Source: Octopus vulgaris (lineage: Eukaryota). Taken from it: 64,000 bases of DNA. Shown here piece after piece: positions 40,720 through 53,622 of the stretch (position 1 is its first letter; every line of letters begins with the position of its first letter). Made by a program: the position numbers and the translations under genes. The stretch is taken from NCBI GenBank assembly GCA_951406725.2, contig OX597823.1, positions 15,190,001 to 15,254,000 of the forward strand, read 5' to 3'. The notes under the pieces were generated by a model, which did no database searches, had not been told where the DNA came from, and saw nothing but the letters and a program-made list of their open reading frames with translations.

Positions 40720-41270
40720 GCAATTCAATGAAGTTATACAAAGAAAATTGTCTCAGTACAACGTATCAGTTACTGGGAATGACTGAGGGAGTTAAAACTC
40801 TTCTCCCTGAAGCGAAAGCAGGAAAGATATGCAGGGATTTACATCTAGAAAATCCTCGAATGCCTCGTACCAAACTTTGCCATTGAAAGTTACACAAACA
40901 GCAGAATAGGGCACCACTTCATAGTGCCAAAGACCCCAGCTTCACCATTAAAATACAGAACCAGATACTGCAACAGCTTAGGTTTCAAAGGTCCACAGTT
41001 TTTCAATAATTTTCAAAAATCCCTGAGAGACCTGCATGGTGTGGAGGTAGGTGTCTTGAAAACACAATTGGATCTTCTCTTGTCAAGGGTTCCAGATTAG
41101 GCTACCTCACGACAGGAAACACAGATGGGAGCAGCAGCATCAAACTCTCTCATTCACCAAATGCCACATAGAGGAGATTTCAAATAATGGTGTAGCCAAG
41201 CCAACGATCGTGCCCCAGCATGACTGCAGCTTTAAAGCTGAATCACTTTAAAGAATTAAGAAAAAAAGAA
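40720..41270 (+). mobile_element. 3' end of a CR1-like LINE (ORF2 C-terminus and tail)
   Basis: SYWE*LRELKLFSLKRKQERY..IYI*KIL..GPQFFN..LDLLLSRVPD, followed by a hairpin tail. Confidence 0.75.
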
Positions 41271-42275
41271 TATATATATATATATGCATATATATATACC
41301 TAATGTGGAGGCGCAATGGCCCAGTGGTTAGGGCAGCGGACTCGCGGTCGTAGGATCGCGGTTTCGTTTCCCAGACCGGGCGTTGTGAGTGTTTATTGAG
41401 CGAAAACACCGAAAGCTCTACGAGACACCGGCAGGGGATGGTGGTGATCCCTGCTGTACTCTTTCGCCACAACTTTCTCTCACTCTTTCTTCTGTTGGCC
41501 TGCTCGCTTAGCCAGCGGGGTGGCGTCATTTGAAGGCTAAAACAATGCGAAGCGCATTCTGACCAGTGATGTGTAGCAGCATCTGATAGCCTGGTCGGTC
41601 ACGTGACGTAATATATACCTAGTTACATAACTTTTTAATCCTAACTTGCGTTTAACTTTATAACTGCGTTTCTCATGAACTCATTTCATTTTCTCTACGA
41701 AAAACTATACTGAAGTATTTTGACCTAATTTGAAAATATCTGTTGTTCAATATTATGTCTTGATTTAATCTTTATATCAACAGCTGTTTCTTTGAACTAT
41801 ATTATTTTTTTTTCATGTATTTCTACATATTTAATTTTTTTTATTTACTATAGCTGATTTCTCTCCTATCTCTTCCTGTCTTTTGTTAACATTAACGATC
41901 ATCAATTCGTTAAAATTAGATCCAGCACCTTAATTGATGTGAAACAGAATATATTCATTTTTGATAACCATACTAAGCTAATTTTATCAAGTATTGGTCT
42001 TCCACACATTGTATAAATATCAATGTTCCTTCTTGAGCCATGCCAGGCTCGTAAGGACCAGTATCCCGGTTTCAGTGGCGTAGAAATTCCCCACCTGGAC
42101 AGGACGTCGGCCCGTCGCAGGATTACTCCTTTTTGCCAGCTGAGTGGACTGGAGCAACGTGAAAATGAAATGTTTTGTTCAAGAACACAACGCGTCGCCC
42201 GGTCCAGGAATCGAAACCACAACCTTATGATCAGGAGTTCAACACCCAAACCACTAAGCCATGCGTCTCCACTTG

Positions 42276-42413
<138 letters not shown>

Positions 42414-42711
42414 TCACGTGATCACGTGACCGGCCAGGCTATCAGATGTTGCTACGCGTCGCTGGTCACAATGCGCTTCGCATTATTTTAGCCTTCAAAT
42501 GACGCCACCCCGCTGGCTAAGCGAGCAGGCCAACAGAAGAAAGAGTGAGAGAGAGTTGTGGCGAAAGAGTACAACAGGGATCGCCACCACCCCCTGCCGG
42601 AGCATCGTGAAGCATTAGGTGTTTTCGCTCAATAAACACTCACAACGCCCGGTCTGGGAAACGAAACCGCGATCCTACGACCGGTGCCCTAACCACTGGG
42701 CCATTGCGCCT

Positions 42712-42828
<117 letters not shown>

Positions 42829-43674
42829 CATAATTAAATCTCAGAACGAGATTGAAACAGTAATCGCTCGATAATGTAAAGTATAGAAGCCATCTTATCA
42901 TGGCTAACCACATGATAAGGTGGGGAATTTCTACGCCACTGAAACCGGGATACTGGTCCTTACGAGCCTGGCATGGCTCAAGAAGGAACATTGATATTTA
43001 TACAATGTGTGGAAGACCAATACTTGATAAAATTAGCTTAGTATGGTTGTCAAAAATGAATATATTCTGTTTCACATCAATTAAGGTGCTGGATCTAATT
43101 TTAACGAATTGATGATCGTTAATGTTAACAAAAGACAGGAAGAGATAGGAGAGAAATCAGCTATAGTAAATAAAAAAAATTAAATATGTAGAAATACATA
43201 AAAAATAATATAGTTCAAAGAAACAGCTGTTGATATAAAGATTAAATCAAGACATAATATTGAACAACAGATATTTTCAAATTAGGTCAAAATACTTCAG
43301 TATAGTTTTTCGTAGAGAAAATGAAATGAGTTCATGAGAAACACATTGTGGTTAGCCATGATAAGATGGCCTCTATACTTTATATTTATATATATATATA
43401 TATGTATATGAAGAGAAAGTTTTATATGTATATTTAGACGTGAAGCTTTGGTGTAAACATGATGTTCTGGTGATCTGTTGAACTAGCTTTCATTTTTTGC
43501 ACTGACTTTTAAATATAAAATTGCATTTCATAAATCATAGCATGCATAAACATAATTTATTATACACTGAATTATTATTACATGGTGAAGGCTGTGGAAC
43601 GGCTGTAACCCTAAGGATGACAAATGGTTAAATATATTCACTTCTCATACCTCATGACTTTTTAGGGTTTATAT

Positions 43675-43766
<92 letters not shown>

Positions 43767-43947
43767 CATTCGAGTTGGCCCGCTCTCGATACCGTATTTG
43801 GCTTTATTGCTGTTGCTTGTGTATTCTGTTAGTTTAAATACATATTCATTAATTAATATGATATAATTGTCCCCGAGCTTAACTAGTATACAAATCTACA
43901 ACGTTAGGTTCCCTCGACTTATGATGTCCACTGTACATTTCCAATTG

Positions 43948-43986
<39 letters not shown>

Positions 43987-44521
43987 TCTATCGTACGTTA
44001 TGTGTGTGTATGAAACTTGGTTGGCATCCTTTCTGTCTCGGGAGACAATGGAGTTGCGCGTAAAGTAGACTAGTCCGGCTTTTATATTTCATGTCCTGAT
44101 ACATTTCCTGCTGTGGCTGTGTATAACGTGTGCGTATATATACTGTATGTTTGTGCGTGTGTATACTTGTGTAAGGACAATAGTATGTATGTGCGACGCT
44201 TTATAGATATATATAGTGAATGCACGTAGCCAGGTATTGCACCCACGATCGCAACTTCGTGATGTCGATTTCCGGATCGGGTGTCGTGCTCTTGAGCAAA
44301 ATACTTCATTTCGCGTGGCTCCAGTTCGCTCACCTGTAAATGAGAACTCCTGTGACAGACTGCTGTCTCGTTCAGAATATCATGTTCTCGGTCGCATACA
44401 CCATGGAAACCAGGTAACCTAGAACTCCAGATAGTATTTCATTTTACTATATATGTACGTTGATAGATACATGTAGAAGCCACCTTGATCTATCATTCCT
44501 CCATTTTGCTTTTATCTCAGA

Positions 44522-44890
44522 CTAGCAGTATCGCCCGGCGTTGCTCGGGTTTGTAAGGGAAATAACTATAAAGCATTTTTAGAGTTATAGCCAAAAAATG
44601 GAAAAAAAATGATGGTAAATTTTTTTTTAGTTAAAAAGGTCGAGTTGCGTCCCCTAGACAGTCTGTGGTTTGTGTTTCTGATTCTCGACCCCATGTCGAA
44701 TTTATCGATTTTTTTCAGAACTGGGGGAACTTTTCAAAATTTTCGCTGCGTTAGTTTTGAATTATGACATTGGGCTATGTGTGTGTCAAGTTTCATCAGA
44801 ATCGGTTGAAAGCCGTGGTCAGGGTGAGGGTACAACCTAACAGACACACAGAAACACACACAGACAAACTGCCGTTTATATATAGAGAGA
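44522..44890 (-). mobile_element. Non-autonomous Helitron
   Basis: On the minus strand: A|TC 5' end, subterminal hairpin CCCGAGCAACGCCGGG, CTAG|T 3' end, no TSD. Confidence 0.85.
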
Positions 44891-45269
44891 TTTTTAACCA
44901 CACTCATAATACTTACCTAGTTTTCTCCAATTAATTTTCTTATAATTTTAGCAATTTTTACTCACTTTTTCTTTAATTCAATGATTTTTCCACATTTTGT
45001 TAGATTGGTACCATTGAAAATTGCGTTTTCTCTCTTATCTTTTTCGGTGGACTTGAATGGTTGGTTTAGTATTTTTGTCGAAATTGTCGAACATACCATA
45101 TATGTATATATGTATGTGGCTGTACGGTAAGTAGCTCGCTTACCAACCACATGGTTCCGGGTTGAATCCCACTGCGTGGTACCTTGGGCGAGTGTTTTCT
45201 ACTATAGCTTCGGACCGACCAAAGCCTTGTGAGTGGATTTGGTAGACGGAAACTGAAAAAAGCCCGTCG

Positions 45270-45345
<76 letters not shown>

Positions 45346-45496
45346 AATCAAGGACTGAACACGAAAAGTGGACAGTCAACATGCTAGATATAGACGTCAA
45401 ATCGCCATTCTCCACAAAAAGTCTATGTTCTCAGATCAAATTCAACACAAAACCAAAGCAATAAACAAGTGAAAAATATACGAAATAAATATTTAC

Positions 45497-45562
45497 CCAT
45501 GTACTAAATTTAGTTTCGGTTGTTATTTTCCGCCAGGAAAAGTGCAACCATCATCAGCATGG
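45497..45562 (-). ncRNA. Type-I hammerhead ribozyme motif, second (inverted) copy
   Basis: Reverse complement of 46252-46317, with one difference in the stem II loop. Confidence 0.85.
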
Positions 45563-46251
45563 TCCCATATAAAATGCAATTTGCTATACTAAATGCCAAC
45601 ACGATACCGAAATATCGCGTGCATGGAGTACGGCCTATTACATTTGAAATATACATTTCAAATGTCTCTACTTTTGGCGCGATGAGACCCGAGAAAACTA
45701 GCCTGCAGCTAATAGTTAGCAGCAGTTTATTTATCGGTTAGAGAACAAATATTTATATAAAATTAAAATTTAGGGTAAAAATTGATATTTATCAATTAGA
45801 ACCAGTGGTCTAGCATATTAAAGAAAGAATCCGAAGATTAAAATATTTATATATACCAATTAAGGACTGAACACGAAAAGTGGACAGTCAACATGCTAGA
45901 TATAGACGTCAAATCGCCATTCTCCACAAAAAGTCTATGTTCTCAGATCAAACTCAACACAAAACCAAATATAAATATTTTAATCTTCGGATTCTTTCTT
46001 TAATATGCTAGACCACTGGTTCTAATTGATAAATATCAATTTTTACCCTAAATTTGAATTTTATATAAATATTTGTTCTCTAACCGATAAATTAACTGCT
46101 GCTAACTATTAGCTAGTTTTCTCGGGTCTCATCGCGCCAAAAGTAGAGACATTTGAAATATATATTTCAAATGTAATAGGCCGTACTCCATGCACGCGAT
46201 ATTTCGGTATCGTGATGGCATTTAGTATAGCAAATTGCATTTTATATGGGA

Positions 46252-46317
46252 CCATGCTGATGATGGTTGCACTTTTCCTTGCGGAAAATAACAACCGAAA
46301 CTAAATTTAGTACATGG
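46252..46317 (+). ncRNA. Type-I hammerhead ribozyme motif, intact core
   Basis: CCATG-CTGATGA-T-GGTTG..(TTTTCC/GGAAAA hairpin)..CAACC-GAAA-CTAAATTTAG-TA|CATGG. Stems I, II and III all pair and the triplet is GUA, so cleavage is predicted after 46312. Confidence 0.85.
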
Positions 46318-46523
46318 GTAAATATTTATTTCGTATATTTTTCACTTGTTTATTGCTTTGGTTTTGTGTTGAGTTTGATCTGAGAACATAGACTTTTTGT
46401 GGAGAATGGCGATTTGACGTCTATATCTAGCATGTTGACTGTCCACTTTTCGTGTTCAGTCCTTAATTGGTATATATAAATATTTTAATCTTCGGATTCT
46501 TTCTTTAATATGCTAGACCACTG

Positions 46524-46597
<74 letters not shown>

Positions 46598-47559
46598 TAT
46601 ATATATATGTATGTATGTATATGTATATACATATACATATATATGTATATGTATGTATGTGTGTTTGTTTATGTATCTGTTTGTCTCCCCAACATCGCTT
46701 GACAACCGATGCTTGTGTGTTTACGTTCCCGTAACCTAGCCGTGCGGAAAAATAGACCGATAGAATAAGTACTAGGCTTAAAAAGAATGTCCTAGGGTCG
46801 ATTTGCTCGACTAAAGGCGGTGCTCCAGCATGGTCGCAGTCATATATATATATATATATATATATATATTCTTTCTTCCTATCAACCCTTTCGCGCTTAT
46901 TCGTTCATTCCCCTCTTCGTTCTTTCATTCCCCATCTGGAACATTTCCCTGCCTTCTCTTCTTGCTCACTTTCCCTCCTCTTTTCACTTTACTGTGTCCT
47001 TGTCTTTTGTTTTTCTCGCTCCTCGTTAATTCTTCTTTCCTTCTGCCGCTACCTCTCTCTCTTCTCTCCCCACGTGACCGGTGTTCGGCCAAGCCTGATC
47101 TTTATTTCGTCGTCCGTGCAACATCTATATTCTTCCCTGTTCCTGTGAAATCTTGTATCACTGCCGTGAGGCTTTATTTCCACACACGCCAGATTAATTC
47201 AATTCGTCCTTAGTCCAAAAACACCTGTTGTTATGTTCTGCTATTTGTATTTGTGTAACATTCTCTGTTTTTGTTCTGTCCTTATTTTCGTATACATTCG
47301 CTGCTTTCTCCCAAGGAATCTAATGCTCTTAGCTTAGTTTTTCCTTGGGGCTCGCCAGATTGGAGCAATCTCGAGTATAACCGGCCGAAATTGCAAAGAT
47401 AATCTGGAACTCGACTGATGAAAGAAAACTCTGAATGGCCCGTCCTTGTTTTCTTTGTATCGTCTCTCTGGATGTTTTGTAGTCCCTTTTTTGTATCACC
47501 TAACTCTCTGGATGTTTTGCGTTGTTATCCCATTTTGTATTATATATATATATATATAT

Positions 47560-48178
47560 ATATAACAAATTAATAAATAAAACATATGCATATATACATA
47601 CATATATGTACGTACCTGCATCTATATGTATATATACATGCATATATGGGTATAGGACACCAAATTTTTTTCTTTCGTTTTGGCTTAACGGCTCTCAATG
47701 TCTGTGTTACCGTTATTCTCCTTGTCCTGTTTTTTACTGTTTATATTTTGTACTGTCTTTACTGTACTGTTTCTGTTACCATTTTTGCCCCTCCGCAAAA
47801 AAATCTCAAATTTTGTTTAATTTGCTTTTTGCGGGAAGGACTGTTTCAACTAAGTCGTGTCTCGCCTTTACCTTCGAAACGCGGAGTAGATGAAACAGAG
47901 GCGGCTGAAGAAGGGGAATTTTCCTTTCCTTGTGTTGTATGTATTGTGCTCTATTTTTTCGTTGTTTAAGAAAAATGTCCATTTCCTTGGTTTTGTGTTT
48001 ATGTTTTCGTTTCTCATTGTGTTTGACGTTTTATTTTTTTTGATGTCCTTTACCCATAAATGCATGTATATATATATAGAGATGTAGATATGTACATATA
48101 TGTATGTATGCATATGTTTTATTTATTAATTTGTTATTATATGACGGAATGCACGCATCCATTTCTAAGTAAGTTTTA

Positions 48179-48180
<2 letters not shown>
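47560..48180 (+). mobile_element. (TA)n-embedded element with an inverted 5' arm and a decayed hammerhead-like fold
   Basis: 47562-47659 is inverted relative to 48044-48137. The 47820-47891 region reads ATTTGCTT..GAAGG..CCTTC-GAAA-CGCG..GAGTAGAT. Confidence 0.5.
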
Positions 48181-48226
<46 letters not shown>

Positions 48227-48252
48227 CCTATACATATGCGTTTTCATACATA

Positions 48253-48487
48253 CAGGGTTGGCGAAAAGCACTCGACAGTAAATCAAAATCCCATAAATAC
48301 TTAATATTCAGTTTTATCTACTCATTCCAGTTATGAAGTCGCTCAAGAAGAACTTCAGTTTTAACAATTTTCATTATGTTTCATATTTATCAGATGCATT
48401 TATTAAATTTATTTAGTTGATAACAATAAATAAATCTTGGAATTAAATGGTTTTCATTTACTGTCAGGTGGCTTTTGGCCAACCCTG
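48253..48487. mobile_element. Tc1-type MITE
   Basis: TA|CAGGGTTGGC(G/C)AAAAG TIRs, with TA at both flanks. Confidence 0.85.
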
Positions 48488-48509
48488 TATGTATGTGTGT
48501 GTGTGTGTG

Positions 48510-49310
48510 TATCGGTGTAAAATCTTGGAAGTCACATATAAGTATAAAATCTGAACCTTGACATACATGTAAGGGGATTAATATGATTTTGCTCAAAAAT
48601 GACGATTTTAAAATTATAGTTTCTCCCCGTTCCCACTGCATTTTCTTAATTTGTAACTTTTTCACGAACTTTTTTTTTTTTATCAATGTAAAATATACAG
48701 AGATTACGAATCTTGGAAATATATTTTTTTTAAAGTTTAATTTTTCTTAAAGAAACACTCAATGCACCTTCTCCTACCTCGCCCACTCATCACCTACCCG
48801 GTTTCAAAAAAGTTAAAAACACCGTTTCACTTTTGTCATATGTTTCACGCATGCGTAGAATTGTACTGAAATATCAGTATTTCAGTACAAATATTTGAGC
48901 ACCATCAGGAAACACGACATGCTAAAAACAACAGGTTAACGACATTATTTCTGAAAAAAACTTCCCCGCTTTCCAAAAAGCTAAAAGTTAAACATTGAGA
49001 GTTTCTATCTTTGTGAAAGTGGTGTGGTGTGATGAGTGGGTGGGTGTTTGGGAAGGAGATTTTAGTGTTTCTTCAAGGAAAAAGAAAGAAGAAAATCCTT
49101 AAAGATTCGTACTATTTTTTTTCTCCTGAATTACTAAGAAAAAATTCGAAAGAAAATAAAAACTGAAGAAATTGTGATGGGGAGGGAGAAAATTGAAATA
49201 TTGAGAACGTGCTTTTTGGGGTGAAATCCTAATCTCCTTTATTGAAAACATAGGAATCGGAAGAAATTTAGGAAAAAATCAGGTTAGGGCGCAAATATCA
49301 CCTCGCACAT
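48510..49310. repeat. Old imperfect foldback element
   Basis: Inverted matches CCCACTCATCAC/GTGATGAGTGGG, AAGAAACACT/AGTGTTTCTT and TACGAATCTT/AAGATTCGTA around a centre near 48880. Confidence 0.55.
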
Positions 49311-50326
49311 GTTAAAAACAAAAGGTAAAGGACAAGATTTCTGAGAGAAAGTTGTATGTAAGTGTGTGTGCGTGTGCATGTTTGAGAGAGAGAAGGTGAG
49401 AAAGAGGGAATGAGTGAGTGAAGGTGTGTGTTGTCATGTATAAGTGGCACTCATTCGGTCTCTCTCTCTCTCTCACACACACACACATATCTTTCATATA
49501 CACATACATAAATATATATGCATACATCTTTTTGTATATATGTGTGCGTATGCGTGTGCATTTGTGAGAGAGAATGAGTGACTGTAATTTGTCATAACAT
49601 ATAGAGTCATGGATAACTTTTAAGGTACACACTCATAGAGAAAATGTGACGTCGTTATCATTATCGTCGTGGTATAAAATGTTTACCATAGTTGACTTAT
49701 AGAAAAGATTTGTAATGTAAAATTTTTGTATTACAAATATGTAAATGAAAATAAAGTTCATTTGGTGGTCGTAAGATTGCTAAATCTTTTGATACACCAT
49801 ACGTCAAAATTGGCAACTCATTTTTTGAATGCATAAGGAATGCGGACGCACACACGCACACACACAAACTCTCTTTTATATATATGGAAGATGTCCCTGT
49901 CTGTCGTTCTCTCTGTCTACCCCTCACATTTCCTGCGTGTCTAACTCTTCTTGTCTCCTCCCCTTTTCTGATATCAGCCACTCTCATTATGCCACATTTT
50001 CCTGAACCTAACACTTTTTCACCTCTCTTATTTTATCATGTAATATCCCAACCCCCGTAGTTGGTCCCTCATCAATTTTTATTGAAATCCAATTAGCCTA
50101 TAATTGAACTGGATATTAGGTCAATGTGTATACAAAGTTTGCAGTAAATCACTTAATCATCCATAACTTTTGTATTATCCTCTCACATTACGCTCAAATC
50201 TCAGACAATAACAATTAATATCGTATTTATTGTCTGTGAAAATTATAGCATATAAAACAACTTTGATAAAAACTTATACATACTTTTCTGGCGAAAACAA
50301 TGCCGTTCTGAACATTTTGGCCGCAA

Positions 50327-50433
<107 letters not shown>

Positions 50434-52072
50434 TGTGTGTATGCATGAGAATACATTCATACATGCGCACACTTATGAAGAACGCTCATATAGGTGACAC
50501 ACACATACATACGCACAACATATATGTGTATAAGTGTGTATATGTGAACGTGATTACACATGCATATATATAGGTGTAGGTAAATGCATATACATACGTA
50601 TACACATATGTACATACATATACTATATATATATATAGTACATGTAAATATATGTACATGGATGTATATACATATACCTACACCTCTCTCTCCTCTCTCT
50701 CTCTCTATCTTTATATACACACCACACACACACACACACTCACACACATACACACGCACATACAAGCATATGCATTCATTTGCTACACTACTTATCGGAT
50801 ATGCATTATCATTCATTTGGTTGATAGCCCAGTGTTCTATTCGCTGAGCTATGCACAGATGTTAGATGTTATCTGCTCAGAATATAGATAAATAAATAAC
50901 CCATAAGCTGCCTGGGAGTTTCTTGGTTCCACTTTCGTTGAGTGAAGCAGATAAGAGGTAAATCTTTCTTTCTGTTGAACACATGCGTGACGTTGGTAAG
51001 TATTGATATTTGATCAGGTACTTTTTTCCGACTGCTATTTGGAGCGAAACATAGCCGAATATACATATTGCTCCGGATCACGAGGTAACGTCTACAAAAT
51101 GTCTAAAGTGACGAGCTATTACTCCAATATCTAATTCGCTTTTTTGTTTTGTTTTGTTGTTTTTTGTTTGTTTTTGTTTTGTTTTTTTTTTCAATTTTAC
51201 CCTTCTCATGATACAGATATATGCATATTTTATGAAATACGTATGGATTTAACGAAAAGCTTATTTAGTTCATTGGTCGCCAAAGTTCCGTTATTCCCAC
51301 TACGAATGTGCGTTAACATGGAAACCACCAGTGAGTTTTGTACTAGTTAGAATTATTTATGCATTTTAATTACCACTTCCCAAGAGACTGTCTTCTTCGT
51401 AAGTTAATAAAGGTATCAGATAATTGTTTTTACCATTTTTTTTTATCATGCAACGAAAAGCTATTAACGCAGGCATGGGTTTAATAGTCCCCATGGTATT
51501 TATTTCACTTCACGCATATCGATAGTAAAAATGGAATCGATTAGTATATTGTTTAACACAATATAACCATCAAAGAATTTAGTCGTTCGCATCCTACAAC
51601 TGGCTCTGCGCTGTATCTACAGCTTAGTTATTGAGCATTTTCACGCTGAATATTTGTGTAGCATTTTTTTACGTTCTGAGTTCAAATCCCGCTGAGGTGA
51701 ACTTTCCCTATTATCCTTTCAGGGCCGATAGTATAAAGTAACGGTCAAGTCATGGAAACCGGGTAACTGGTTTTATGTGTCCCATGACCTGAGAAAAAAT
51801 GAGAGCATATTAAAATATATAAGAAGGTTGGGGGAATACTCAAGTACGCCCATAGCATTAAAACATGAAAGTAAAGGGAGTGAGAGCATATTTCAGGAGG
51901 TAAACCAAGATATTTTAATTTAATATTAGACCCTTAACGAATAAAATAAATTAGTATGTAATTGACAAAAATCATTTTTTGGAGAAAAACTCCAAAATTT
52001 TAATAAATTTATTAAATAGGGAATGCAGGATTACAGTGCCGATCGAACCTGATGTTTAGCAGCAAGGTGACA

Positions 52073-52115
52073 ACTTCTGACATGTTTCGTCCTTATTAAG
52101 ACTCATAAGCAAAGT
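52073..52115 (-). ncRNA. Decayed hammerhead motif
   Basis: Minus strand reads ACTTTG-CTTATGA-GTC..GAC-GAAA-CATG-TC|AGAAGT. Stem III is the palindrome ACATGT, the triplet is GUC, and the core has G5>U. Confidence 0.5.
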
Positions 52116-52715
52116 TTAGTCTGACTAAAGCACGTCTTATAGGTATGTGTGTATTGAGTGAAAATAGTAGCTGATATTAACCACAGGTTTATTTTAGAGA
52201 AGAGACATTGAGTTATTCATTCAAAAACAAGAGTTCACGACTTGATTTAGGCTTCCTGTTGAATTTATTTCGTTTACCATAAATGTTTTTTATTCTTTTT
52301 TCGCTCTAATTTACGGCGAGATAGAAAAATATTTCTAGTGGCCTTTACATACATATTTTGCCTTGAGATTAGCGGTGGCTGAGCAGAAATAAAATGTTAA
52401 AACAATACATTCACTTTGTTGGGAAAAAATGCAAAATCATGCAGAGCCAAAGGTTATACTTAAATCACGTGATTGTTCAAACTGATAGGAATAATCAACC
52501 CTCACTCTCTCGCTCCTCTCTCGCTCCTCTCTCTTTCTCTATCTCTTTCTCTATCTCTTTCTCTCTCTATCACACACACACACACATACACACACAGACA
52601 CATGCATACACATTCACACTTAAACACGCACGCACACACACATAAGTACACACACATACACATACACACTCTCTCTCTATCTCTCTATTTCTCTCTCTCT
52701 TTCTCCCTCTCTCTT

Positions 52716-52762
<47 letters not shown>

Positions 52763-52771
52763 TTCTCTCTC

Positions 52772-52808
<37 letters not shown>

Positions 52809-53289
52809 GATCATAATGACTTAAAAATAGACAGACATATTGGATAATGCAGACCTAGATTCGCAATGGCCGAGAGTAAAAATAGACATGTCATTTCATC
52901 ATATTTCTTCTGGATAAAGGCACACATGAGGACAAACCAATTCAAAACTAACAACAACAACAACAACGTATTAAAGTTTAATGAAATTTATGTTTAACTT
53001 TCTTAAAAATATATTTTTACGACAAAGAATTTATTAATGTTATGATTACTGAGGTTTTTTTTTTTTCATGATCAAGACACCATTATGCAACCCTGAGGAT
53101 ATCGGCAGTAACAAATTTCAGGATCTATCTTCAGCCGCTTGCTTAGAAATGGAGTGAAACATCTACTCTCGAACCATGGCCTGTGGTGTAACTTCCTGTA
53201 ATTGGAAAGAAAAAAGAAATATGATATTCACATATGTACACATGTATAGACATAGGTACACATTATATATATACACATACATATACGTA

Positions 53290-53331
<42 letters not shown>

Positions 53332-53507
53332 TATACGTGATCACATATAGTACGGTCGCAATTGCAACGGTTACTAATCGGTGCAGTTGAAACATGTGCA
53401 AGTATATATAAAGCTGTATATATATAAAAAGAATTAAAGGTAATTCTATGGAACTTCGTAATAATCCTTATTATTATTATTGTTGATATATATATATATA
53501 TATATAC

Positions 53508-53550
<43 letters not shown>

Positions 53551-53584
53551 CATACATACGTACATACATACATGTCATCACGTG

Positions 53585-53622
<38 letters not shown>

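Larger units (their letters stand above)
45341..46532. mobile_element. Non-coding hammerhead-bearing element: two head-to-head arms of a ~510-bp unit, each with terminal redundancy
   Basis: 45341-45968 has a 512-bp period. 45969-46532 is the reverse complement with a 505-bp period (7-bp deletion). (TA)n flanks both ends. Confidence 0.85.
45115..46842 (+). mobile_element. SINE family 1 split by the hammerhead element
   Basis: The 5' half (45115-45270) and 3' half (46670-46842) flank the insert, which sits in the SINE's internal (TA)n. Confidence 0.85.

Noticed and set aside
45520-46294. Duplicated 73/61-aa ORFs (MLFSARKSAT...)
   Set aside because: They are antisense to the hammerhead, start at a non-ATG codon, and differ by a frameshifting deletion. 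They are a by-product of the inverted repeat.
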